In this document: piece by piece, positions 1 to 7,771 of the stretch
Layout: each line of letters opens with the position of its first letter
Numbering within the stretch: the first letter of the stretch is position 1
Source: Candidatus Levyibacteriota bacterium
GTDB lineage: Bacteria > Patescibacteriota > Microgenomatia > Levybacterales > UBA12049
Reading direction: 5' to 3'
DNA length: 57,104 bases
Assembly: GCA_016182205.1 (NCBI GenBank)
Contig: JACOXW010000012.1
Span: 1-57,104, forward strand
The notes under the pieces: generated by a model
The model's input: the letters and a program-made list of their open reading frames with translations, nothing else
Database searches by the model: none
Told to the model about the DNA's origin: nothing
Made by a program: the position numbers and the translations under genes

Positions 1-459
1 GTCTTGAATGCGGGACTGCCTATCGTTGAAAGACACGCACATGCTTATAGAGTACACTACTACGAAGAGGACTCACCACCAGGAATTGACGCGACAATTT
101 ATGTCCCAACAGTTGATTTCAAATTTAAAAACGATACCGGACACTACATTTTAATTCAGAATGTCGTTGACCCGATAAGTCTTCGTCTGACGTTTTTCCT
201 CTACGGGACAAAAGATAATCGACAAGTCACACTAAGCGAGCCTGTTATTACTTCACAAACCCCTGCTCCGGAACCGCTCTACCAGGATGATCCTACCCTG
301 CCGAAAGGCACAGTAAAACAAGTAGATTTTGCAGCTTCAGGTGCAAGTGTATTTTTTACAAGGGAAGTAAAAAAGAATGGTGAAACAATTATATCTGAAA
401 AGTTTGTTTCCAACTTCAAGCCCTGGCAAGCCGTTTATTTGCGCGGGACGAAAGAGTAA
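1..459 (+). CDS. VanW-family protein, C-terminal part (VanW core plus G5-like domain); 5' end lies outside the window
   Basis: The reading frame is open from base 1. GLPIVERHAHAYRVHYY...GIDATIYVPTVDFKFKNDTGHYILIQ resembles the VanW core. The C-terminal PTLPKGTVKQVDFAASG...KPWQAVYLRGTK is G5-like. Confidence 0.7.
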   Translation, partial: VLNAGLPIVERHAHAYRVHYYEEDSPPGIDATIYVPTVDFKFKNDTGHYILIQNVVDPISLRLTFFLYGTKDNRQVTLSEPVITSQTPAPEPLYQDDPTLPKGTVKQVDFAASGASVFFTREVKKNGETIISEKFVSNFKPWQAVYLRGTKE

Positions 460-535
460 ATGACTTTCAAATGTCAAATTTCCAATATGTTTGATTATTG
501 GTATTTATTTGATATTTACAATATTCCAGCACATC

Positions 536-1021
536 ATGAAAAAGATTATAACACCAGAAAAAACAATACAGGTTGCCAATACTCTTCATAAACAAAATAA
601 AAAGATTGTGCTGACGGGTGGTTGTTTTGACCTTATCCACATCGGTCATATTCAGTTACTGCAAAAAGCAAAAAAACAAGCGGACGTACTTATCGTCTTT
701 GTCGAAAGTGATAAAACTGTAAGACGACTAAAAGGAGACAGTCGCCCAATCAACAACCAGCTGACAAGAGCAAAAATTCTTGCAGCGCTGGAAGATGTGG
801 ATTATATCTGTCTTTTGCCGGAATTTACGTCTGATAGACAATACGATGAGCTTGTCATAGCCATAAAACCTGCTATAATAGCAACCACACAAGACGATCA
901 GCATAAAGAACATAAGATTCGCCAGGCTGCCCAGACCGGTGCCAAAGTAGTTACAGTTACAAAACGGTTACCAATCTCAAGTAGCAGGTTATTAAAGATA
1001 ATTTGTCAGGACTATATATGA
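536..1021 (+). CDS. cytidylyltransferase-family nucleotidyltransferase (RfaE domain II / TagD-like)
   Basis: GGCFDLIHIGHIQLLQKAK is the (H/T)xGH nucleotidyltransferase motif. I placed the start at the internal ATG (MKKIITPEK) rather than at the ORF-track start. Confidence 0.8.
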   Translation: MKKIITPEKTIQVANTLHKQNKKIVLTGGCFDLIHIGHIQLLQKAKKQADVLIVFVESDKTVRRLKGDSRPINNQLTRAKILAALEDVDYICLLPEFTSDRQYDELVIAIKPAIIATTQDDQHKEHKIRQAAQTGAKVVTVTKRLPISSSRLLKIICQDYI

Positions 1022-1485
1022 AAATAATTCTTGGATTATTAGGTCTACTGCTTTTTATTATTTTTGCGTTTGTTTTTTCGCAGAATTATTTGCGATCCAA
1101 GTCAGTTCTTGGCAAAAACGCCGCAACAGTCACAATTAACAAACAAAAATTTACGGCAGAAGTGGCAAAAACGCCTTCAGAGAAACAAACAGGGCTCTCA
1201 AATAAAAAATCACTCCCCCAAGACCAGGGAATGTTATTTGTTTTTGATACGCCTGATCTCTATCCCTTTTGGATGAAAAATATGGCATTTCCGATTGATA
1301 TGATATTTATTAACAAAGACAAAGTAGTAACAGTGTATCAAGATTTGCAACCTGCTATCGGCCTTGAATCTCCTGAAATCTATCAACCGGATGATCTTTC
1401 AGACAGAATGCTGGAGATAAATGCAGGTCTTTCACAAAAGTACAACATAAAACCCGGCGATAGTGTCACAATCGTTCTACCATGA
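1018..1485 (+). CDS. DUF192-domain protein with N-terminal membrane anchor
   Basis: There is an N-terminal hydrophobic helix. GMLFVFDTPDLYPFWMKNMAFPIDMIFINKD is typical of DUF192. An ATGA overlap couples it to the upstream gene. Confidence 0.75.
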   Translation: MKIILGLLGLLLFIIFAFVFSQNYLRSKSVLGKNAATVTINKQKFTAEVAKTPSEKQTGLSNKKSLPQDQGMLFVFDTPDLYPFWMKNMAFPIDMIFINKDKVVTVYQDLQPAIGLESPEIYQPDDLSDRMLEINAGLSQKYNIKPGDSVTIVLP

Positions 1486-2495
1486 AAATATTGGGGATTG
1501 AGACCTCCTGCGATGAAACAGGAGCAGCAATTATTGAAGCAAATTCCCCGGTATCGATTATACTCAAATCCAATACTCTCGCATCTTCACTTTCCTTGCA
1601 CGCAAAAACAGGCGGAGTTATACCGGAAATAGCAGCAAGACAACAACTTCATTATATGATTCCCGTTCTTGATGAAACATTGAAGAAAGCAGGATACAGC
1701 GCCTTTGATATTGATGCCATCGCAGTAACATATGGACCGGGTTTAATTGGTTCACTTTTGGTCGGTGTTGAAACAGCAAAAACACTAGCATATATTTATA
1801 ACAAACCGTTGATTCCTGTTAATCATCTTCTGGGGCATATCTATGCAAATTGGATAGGGCAGGAAAAAGAAATCAGGCTTCCTGCTATCGGACTGATTGT
1901 CTCCGGAGGACATACCGATATACTGCTTCTTAAAAGTCACACTGATATCTTGCTTATAGGCGGTACACGAGATGATGCAGCAGGTGAAGCATTTGATAAA
2001 ATCGGAAGACTTTTGGGAATGCCTTATCCAGCAGGTCCACATATAGAAGCTGCTGCAAAAAAAGGCAATCCGAAAAAAATTCTTTTTCCCAAACCTATGA
2101 TTCACTCAAACACATTTGAATTTTCTTTTTCAGGATTAAAAACAGCGGTGTTACGAGAAATAAAGAAGTATCCGACACTCACCGAAGAAACTATAAATGA
2201 TATTTCAACCAGTGTCCAACAATCAATTATCGATGTTTTAGTAGCAAAAACAATACAGGCAGTAAAAGCTTATAATGTTTCAACTATCCTTATGGGAGGA
2301 GGCGTATCCGCAAACACTCTACTTGGGGAAAGTTTACGCCGGTCTCTGAAAACATATGACGAGAATATTTCACTTTATATTCCAAAAAAGCAGTTTTGCA
2401 CAGATAATGCTTCGATGATCGCAGCAGCAGCTTTTTTTCAAAATAAACCTGTTGACTTAAACAATGTTTCCGCAAATCCAGAGTTATACTTTTGA
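1482..2495 (+). CDS. tsaD: tRNA N6-adenosine threonylcarbamoyltransferase TsaD (Kae1/Gcp family)
   Basis: ILGIETSCDETGAAI, GPGLIGSLLVGV, NHLLGHIY and SGGHT are TsaD signature motifs. An ATGA overlap couples it to the upstream gene. Confidence 0.93.
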   Translation: MKILGIETSCDETGAAIIEANSPVSIILKSNTLASSLSLHAKTGGVIPEIAARQQLHYMIPVLDETLKKAGYSAFDIDAIAVTYGPGLIGSLLVGVETAKTLAYIYNKPLIPVNHLLGHIYANWIGQEKEIRLPAIGLIVSGGHTDILLLKSHTDILLIGGTRDDAAGEAFDKIGRLLGMPYPAGPHIEAAAKKGNPKKILFPKPMIHSNTFEFSFSGLKTAVLREIKKYPTLTEETINDISTSVQQSIIDVLVAKTIQAVKAYNVSTILMGGGVSANTLLGESLRRSLKTYDENISLYIPKKQFCTDNASMIAAAAFFQNKPVDLNNVSANPELYF

Positions 2496-2550
2496 TAGCC
2501 GTCGTATTTCATATTTCAGTATGATATTTATTGTTTCGGTTATTCATCAT

Positions 2551-2559
2551 TGTTATAAT
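2551..2559 (+). promoter_or_regulatory. extended -10 promoter (TGTTATAAT) placed 7 nt before the ATG at 2567
   Basis: TGnTATAAT consensus read directly from the sequence. There is no Shine-Dalgarno between it and the ATG. Confidence 0.45.
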
Positions 2560-2566
2560 AATCGAT

Positions 2567-3469
2567 ATGGCAAATAAGCCAGAAAAGAGTCCCAAACGTA
2601 CTTCCCATCCGTCATTTTTGCTATTTCTTTTTTTTCTAACACTTCTTCTTAGCTTTTTTGCAACATATTTGTATAGAACTTTCAGCTCGATACAAGAACA
2701 TAACAGAAAAGAACTACAGCTGGAGATGAAAAAAATTCCGAAAGATATCAAAAAAAAACTTACAAAGACAAAATCTTCTATAAAGAGACGGATACCAATT
2801 CTTATTTATCATTATGTTGAAATCGTCACTGATAAAAACGATACAATACGTCAATCAATGAATATCCAACCAGCCATTTTAGAAAAACAAATAACTACTT
2901 TACAAGACGCCGGATATACTTTTATCACTCCGTCAAATATCGGTAAAATGCTTAACGGGAAAAAAGAAATTCCGAAGAAGGCCGTAATTCTCTCTTTTGA
3001 TGACGGATATAGAGACTTTTATACTGACGTTTTACCTATATTGAAAAGAAAACAAGCAAAAGCAATCGCATATATCGTTCCTGGAAAATTAAATCAAATT
3101 AATTATTTGTTTTCCTGGCAATTGCATGAAATTTATGGCAGTGGACTTGTGGAAATAGGAGCACATACTGTTCATCATATGAATCTGAAAGGAATAAGTT
3201 ATATGACGGCAAAATATGAGATAGAAGAAAGTAAAACCATGCTTGAAAATATGCTGTATATTCCCATCTTGTCATTTGCTTACCCCTACGGAGCGTTTGA
3301 TTCACAGGCGATACTGCTTGTGAAGGAAGCAGGATTCACAACAGCAGTTTCATCTATATCAGGAAACGATGTAAGCGAGAGCAACCGATATCTTCTCTAC
3401 CGGATTCATCCCGGGTATAGAACAGGAAAGGAACTCATTTCTGCCTTAGAAAAGGAATACAAGCCGTAA
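2567..3469 (+). CDS. polysaccharide deacetylase (NodB homology domain) with N-terminal transmembrane helix
   Basis: ILSFDDGYRDFYTDVLPILK and AHTVHH motifs (NodB). I placed the start at MANKPEK, directly after the extended -10. Confidence 0.8.
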   Translation: MANKPEKSPKRTSHPSFLLFLFFLTLLLSFFATYLYRTFSSIQEHNRKELQLEMKKIPKDIKKKLTKTKSSIKRRIPILIYHYVEIVTDKNDTIRQSMNIQPAILEKQITTLQDAGYTFITPSNIGKMLNGKKEIPKKAVILSFDDGYRDFYTDVLPILKRKQAKAIAYIVPGKLNQINYLFSWQLHEIYGSGLVEIGAHTVHHMNLKGISYMTAKYEIEESKTMLENMLYIPILSFAYPYGAFDSQAILLVKEAGFTTAVSSISGNDVSESNRYLLYRIHPGYRTGKELISALEKEYKP

Positions 3470-3500
3470 TTACTCTCCCTCTTTATTTCTACCGATTTTC

Positions 3501-3509
3501 TGGTACAAT
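3501..3509 (+). promoter_or_regulatory. extended -10 promoter (TGGTACAAT), 9 nt before the rmuC ATG
   Basis: TGnTAnAAT read from the sequence. There is no SD before the ATG at 3519. Confidence 0.4.
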
Positions 3510-3518
3510 ATCTCCCAC

Positions 3519-4583
3519 ATGTCACTCTCAACTGTCCAGGTTCTTTTGACACTCTGTGGTTTTATCGCCATCTTGTATTTTATCAATAGAAAACTTTCTT
3601 CTTTACAGAAACCGCAAGATACTCAAACACTCCTTGAATGGCTCAAAACTATGCAGCAATCTCTAGAAGTAACAAATAAAACTCTCAACGAAGCCATGCG
3701 AACAAATTCTTCAGATATGGTAAAGACTCTTCAGGAAAACTCAAAGCAGTTAAATGACCGCTTGGATAAAGCAGCATCAGTAATTCATAATGTTGGCAAA
3801 GAAGTAGGACAAATGAGTGAAATCGGAAGAAGCATGAAAGAATTGCAGGACTTTTTGAAAAGCCCAAAACTTCGTGGAAATATCGGTGAGCAGGTACTCA
3901 AAGATTTGATAGCACAAATGTTCCCGAAAAACAGTTTTCATCTGCAATACCAGTTCAAATCGGGTGAAAAAGTCGACGCTGCCATAAAAACCGATGCCGG
4001 TATTTTACCGATTGATTCCAAATTTCCCATGGAAAACTATCAAAGACTTATGAAATCGCAAACATCAACCGATGAGTATTCTGTTTTGCAAAAAGAATTT
4101 ATTAAAGATATAAAAAAACACATTGATACTATTTCTAAAAAATATATTTTACCCTTGGAAGGTACCATGGATTTTGCTCTCATGTATGTCCCAAGTGAAT
4201 CTGTGTATTACGAAGTAGTAAATCTTTCAGAACTTATGGATTACGCACGACGCAAAAGAGTTTATATTGTCTCCCCAACCACGCTCTACGCGCATTTACA
4301 AACCATTCTCTTGTCTTTCGAAGGAAAGAAAATTGAGAGCAAGTCAAAAGAGGTATTCAAACTGTTACGAACTCTGCAAATCGAATATGAAAAAGTCCAA
4401 GACAACATGAGTGTTTTAGGCAAACATATCGCCAACGCCTCATCACAATTTGTGAATGTTCAGACAGGCTTTGTCCAGATCGGCCAAAAACTCTCAACCA
4501 CCAAACAATTGGAAGAAAATGTTGTTGAATCTTTTGATGAAAAGACTGATTCCTCTTCCCAACAAACACTACCAATTAATTAG
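3519..4583 (+). CDS. rmuC: DNA recombination protein RmuC
   Basis: It has an N-terminal TM helix and a coiled-coil region. The conserved RmuC core is present: LRGNIGEQVL..., DAAIKTDAGILPIDSKFP, ALMYVPSESVYYE. Confidence 0.85.
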   Translation: MSLSTVQVLLTLCGFIAILYFINRKLSSLQKPQDTQTLLEWLKTMQQSLEVTNKTLNEAMRTNSSDMVKTLQENSKQLNDRLDKAASVIHNVGKEVGQMSEIGRSMKELQDFLKSPKLRGNIGEQVLKDLIAQMFPKNSFHLQYQFKSGEKVDAAIKTDAGILPIDSKFPMENYQRLMKSQTSTDEYSVLQKEFIKDIKKHIDTISKKYILPLEGTMDFALMYVPSESVYYEVVNLSELMDYARRKRVYIVSPTTLYAHLQTILLSFEGKKIESKSKEVFKLLRTLQIEYEKVQDNMSVLGKHIANASSQFVNVQTGFVQIGQKLSTTKQLEENVVESFDEKTDSSSQQTLPIN

Positions 4584-4598
4584 CCTCATCTTATAGTA

Positions 4599-4627
4599 TT
4601 GACAACTTTGGAATTCTGCTGTATTAT
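4599..4627 (+). promoter_or_regulatory. sigma-70 type promoter TTGACA-N17-TATTAT driving the T-box leader
   Basis: TTGACA at 4599-4604, a 17-nt spacer, then TATTAT at 4622-4627. Confidence 0.65.
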
Positions 4628-4648
4628 TATGTATAACAAGTTAATCGT

Positions 4649-4974
4649 GCGTTGAGGAAGAAGAGTAGGTAAAAGAGACGATTACAGCAAATGGTGACAG
4701 CTGAGAGCACCAGAATCAACCTTCTATCGAACAGAGCTTTCTCGCCCTGAACAATTGATCGCAATTTTTCAGGGTAAACACAGAACCGAAGAAATGCTGA
4801 GAGAAGTCGAAGCAAAGTAGGTTCATAAAAGAGTTAATTGATACTCTGTCAAGGCTGATACAGAGCTTTTTTTGCGCCTATTTTTGGCGGATCAATTTAG
4901 AAACAAGGTGGCACCGTCCGCAAGGGCCCTTGTAAGTTTCCAAAGAAATTTGGGAGTTTACAAGGGCTTTTTTT
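4649..4974 (+). promoter_or_regulatory. T-box riboswitch leader (Stem I with specifier loop, Stem II, Stem III, antiterminator/terminator)
   Basis: The Stem I 5' strand GAGGAAG-AAGAGUA (4654-4667) is almost identical to the glyQS leader (GAGAAGAAGAGUA). An AG-bulge AGAGA lies at 4674-4678 and a distal loop UGGUGA at 4692-4697. The specifier-loop 3' strand is GAACAGAG (4729-4736). It is closed by CUUUCUC (4737-4743) pairing with 4654-4660. The T-box/antiterminator is ACAAGG-UGGCACC-GUCC-GCAA-GGGC-CCUUGU (4903-4933). The mutually exclusive terminator is at 4927-4974. Confidence 0.88.
4927..4974 (+). terminator. T-box expression-platform intrinsic terminator
   Basis: CCCUUGUAA (4927-4935) pairs with UUACAAGGG (4958-4966) and is followed by C plus U7 (4968-4974). 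The 5' arm overlaps the 3' strand of the antiterminator. Confidence 0.8.
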
Positions 4975-4992
4975 GTTGGAAAAACAAACTAT

Positions 4993-5064
4993 GTGCCCGA
5001 AGCTCATCGGAATGAGCTCCCGCTTCTAACGGGAAGGCAACGGGTTCGACTCCCGTCGGGCACG
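4993..5064 (+). tRNA. tRNA-Arg, anticodon UCU, discriminator G, CCA not encoded
   Basis: Manual cloverleaf. Acceptor GTGCCCG/CGGGCAC. D arm GCTC-ATCGGAAT-GAGC. Anticodon arm TCCCG-CTTCTAA-CGGGA. Variable loop AGGCA. T arm ACGGG-TTCGACT-CCCGT. It closely resembles bacterial tRNA-Arg(UCU). Confidence 0.82.
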
Positions 5065-5082
5065 CAGGGAAAGGAATACATT

Positions 5083-6168
5083 ATGATAAATCTTGATACA
5101 TATACTGTTTCCCGATCACAAATCATGCACAATGAGGGAGTATGGCATGAAAAAGAAAATACAATAGATTCTCTAAGAGAAAAATTTCGTACTGATTTAG
5201 AAGCTGTTGCTCCAGATCTACGAAGTAATAATTTAAGCCAGCAATATACAACAACTTTATTTGAAAAACTTGTACATGCCGGAGCGGAAACGCAAGATGA
5301 TATCAAAACTGCCGGAACCATAGAATATTATCGAATAGGACGAGATGTCTTGGGGCCGCTTGCGGTAAGTTTTGTCGATAACGTACTAAAACAAAGTGAA
5401 GGCAACATATTATTCCCTGCTCGTGACGCAACACCGCTTTTTTATATAGCGCATACACTTATCGCGCAAGCTCCCGATCGATATCCTACATCAGCACATA
5501 GATTACAAAATCCAGTTTTCAATCGGAAGTTGTGGGGTGTTGATGATGAACAAGATCCAGAACAAGAAGTACTAAAGGTAACAGATCCTACAGTTTTGAA
5601 ACTTCTCAAGCAAATGGGCTTTGGAAGAGATGAACCAGTAACATTTATAGAAATTGGCTGCTGGGGAACGATGATAGACCAACTTAAGCAGGCGATGGAA
5701 CGGGCAGAAATGCCAGAGCAATCATTTTCTGTACATTTCCTATTTACTCACTTACCTGAATATATATCAGGATATATAAATAAATATGGAACTGATATTC
5801 CTAAAGCAACACTCGAAACAATAGCGGACACATGGGAAGCAGTTCCAAAGCCATTCAAACGTCCGGCAAAACTTGTAGAAATTGACGGAATTATAAAAGC
5901 TTCTTCGGCAGGAAGTATTGTTAATTCTCCTTTCCTTAAACCATGGTCACACGCAGTACACGAAGGTGTTATGGATGCAGCAAAGGATTTTCTACTACAA
6001 GGAAAGGGCGTGGTAGTAAAAGATGAAATATTACGTCTTTTGAAACTTTCAAACCAAGCAAAACAAGGAATATTTACCGGCATACTCCCATGGCACACAG
6101 AAACATGGTCCGAAGGGGATATATGGAAGAAAAACTGGAAATGGGGAAAAATTCCACCAAAAACCTAA
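5083..6168 (+). CDS. hypothetical protein (361 aa), no recognisable domain
   Basis: The long ORF is trimmed to the first ATG after the tRNA, preceded by GGGAAAGGA (SD) 8 nt upstream. I could recognise no family motif. Confidence 0.7.
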   Translation: MINLDTYTVSRSQIMHNEGVWHEKENTIDSLREKFRTDLEAVAPDLRSNNLSQQYTTTLFEKLVHAGAETQDDIKTAGTIEYYRIGRDVLGPLAVSFVDNVLKQSEGNILFPARDATPLFYIAHTLIAQAPDRYPTSAHRLQNPVFNRKLWGVDDEQDPEQEVLKVTDPTVLKLLKQMGFGRDEPVTFIEIGCWGTMIDQLKQAMERAEMPEQSFSVHFLFTHLPEYISGYINKYGTDIPKATLETIADTWEAVPKPFKRPAKLVEIDGIIKASSAGSIVNSPFLKPWSHAVHEGVMDAAKDFLLQGKGVVVKDEILRLLKLSNQAKQGIFTGILPWHTETWSEGDIWKKNWKWGKIPPKT

Positions 6169-6170
6169 TT

Positions 6171-6974
6171 ATGTTTAACCAACTTTTTAAACCGAAAAAA
6201 ACGATGATTGGTATGATTCATCTACCAGCCTTACCTGGGTATCCAAAACACACAGGAATGGATGATGTAATTCAAAAAGCGCTTTCAGATTTAAACACAT
6301 TACAAAAAGCAGGTTTTGATGGAATACTTGTTGAAAATGATAATGATCAACCACATCAAATTGGCGTTTCAAAAACAATTAGCAACGCATTTACAAAAGT
6401 AATGGAACAAATTTGCAGAAATGCAACGATACCTGTAGGTATGGAAATTATTTACGACATGCTCGAAACAATTAGAGTAGCTCATAAGGTAAGAGCAGAT
6501 TTTGTACGTCTTGATGTATTTGTAGACTCTGTTGAAACTGAATGGGGGAAAATTACAGCACAACCAAAAGAGATTGTAGAACTCAAAAAAAAACTTGGTG
6601 CTGATAACCTAGTTTTATTAACAGATATTCAAGTCAAGCATGCAAAAATGCTTCAGGAAAAAACAATAGCTGCCTCTACTCAAGAAGCAATTGAAAATGG
6701 ATCTGACGCTTTAATTGTAACAGGAGATTGGACGGGACATGCTCCTTCTATTTCTGATTGCAAAAGTATTAATAACTTCGCAAGTAATTTCCCCCTCCTT
6801 ATAGGAAGTGGCTTTAATATTTATAATTCTAAAGCTCTTTTACAATATGCTGATGGAGCAATTGTCGGTACATCTATAAAGACCGGTGAGTATGTAGATT
6901 TCACCAAGGCGAAAAAACTGATTAATAGTGTTAGAAACCTAAAGAGAAATGATAATAGATTTAATATCCGGTGA
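6171..6974 (+). CDS. BtpA/SgcQ-family TIM-barrel protein
   Basis: MIGMIHLPALPGYP...GFDGILVENDNDQP matches the BtpA-family N-terminal signature. The ATG lies 2 nt after the upstream stop. Confidence 0.78.
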   Translation: MFNQLFKPKKTMIGMIHLPALPGYPKHTGMDDVIQKALSDLNTLQKAGFDGILVENDNDQPHQIGVSKTISNAFTKVMEQICRNATIPVGMEIIYDMLETIRVAHKVRADFVRLDVFVDSVETEWGKITAQPKEIVELKKKLGADNLVLLTDIQVKHAKMLQEKTIAASTQEAIENGSDALIVTGDWTGHAPSISDCKSINNFASNFPLLIGSGFNIYNSKALLQYADGAIVGTSIKTGEYVDFTKAKKLINSVRNLKRNDNRFNIR

Positions 6975-7701
6975 AGTTTTCGCGGCGGATTTGATCTTTT
7001 AAAACACCAAGAGATGTAACTATTTGGTTCATAGCTTCAGCCATAGCAGGCGGTCCCACAATGTAAAATAGACAATCAAGCGATTTTTGGATGTATTTTT
7101 TAATCATCTCTTCTGAAATACGGCCTGTTTCACCATTCCATGGTTTTTCTGACTCTTGGGGACGAGTAATTGTATAGACAATTTTTATAGCTGGGTTTTC
7201 TCTTTCTGCGTTGGTGACTTCTTCCAGACCAACCATCTCTTCCGTTGTAGAAAATGAGGCAAAAAGAGTAATAGGAATTGAAAGTTTTTTTTCGGCAGCA
7301 TACGGCACCATACTTAAAAAAGGCGTTATTCCGATTCCTCCTGAGAGGAACACATGAGGCATTGTTTCGTTTTCCAAAAGCACAAACCTTCCAAGCGGTC
7401 CGAAAAATTGTACCGGTGTTCCTTCAGAAAGATTAAATAATGTTTTTTTAAATGTGCTTTTGATAATTCGAGTAATGATACGAAGCGTATTTGTTTTTAA
7501 TGGAGAACAGGCTATTGAGAAAAATCGTGAAGTCCCGCGCTCATCAGCATTTTCGTGAGGTAAAGTCATACGAATATACTGCCCGGGAAGAAATGAAAAA
7601 GGCACAGAAGAAAGGTCAAAAGAAAATGCATGTGCATCTTTTGCTACCTGCTCTTTCCGTAAAAAAGGGAGAGAAAATGGAAAAGGCGCGTTATTTGTCA
7701 T
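6961..7701 (-). CDS. ferredoxin-reductase-type FAD/NAD(P)-binding oxidoreductase
   Basis: RFFSIACSP (the RxYS-like FAD motif) and LSGGIGITPFLSM (the NAD(P) GGxGxxP motif). It overlaps the 3' end of the BtpA-like gene convergently by 14 nt. Confidence 0.8.
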   Translation of the reverse strand: MTNNAPFPFSLPFLRKEQVAKDAHAFSFDLSSVPFSFLPGQYIRMTLPHENADERGTSRFFSIACSPLKTNTLRIITRIIKSTFKKTLFNLSEGTPVQFFGPLGRFVLLENETMPHVFLSGGIGITPFLSMVPYAAEKKLSIPITLFASFSTTEEMVGLEEVTNAERENPAIKIVYTITRPQESEKPWNGETGRISEEMIKKYIQKSLDCLFYIVGPPAMAEAMNQIVTSLGVLKDQIRRENFTGY

Positions 7702-7756
7702 ACAGATATCATATCAAAAACAATACGAAATTTGTACGAATTTTTTCTGCCCAGTG

Positions 7757-7765
7757 TGGTAAAAT
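7757..7765 (+). promoter_or_regulatory. extended -10 promoter (TGGTAAAAT), 6 nt before the ATG at 7772
   Basis: TGnTAAAAT read from the sequence. There is no SD. Confidence 0.45.
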
Positions 7766-7771
7766 AGCTGC

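Noticed and set aside
4627-4815. A 62-aa minus-strand ORF. I also considered that 4634-4873 (promoter to hairpin-U7) might be an independent sRNA such as 6S or SRP RNA.
   Set aside because: The region is Stem I to Stem III of the T-box leader. It carries the conserved GAGGAAGAAGAGUA, AG-bulge and distal-loop motifs. The 5' and 3' ends are not complementary as expected for 6S RNA, and no SRP domain IV motif is present.
4993-5082. The N-terminal 30 codons of the ORF-track CDS 4993-6168. I also considered that the GGTTCGACTCCC element might be the 3' end of a tmRNA.
   Set aside because: These bases fold into a complete tRNA cloverleaf with a UCU anticodon loop. There is no tag-peptide ORF or tmRNA pseudoknot region. 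The CDS has a good SD and ATG at 5083.
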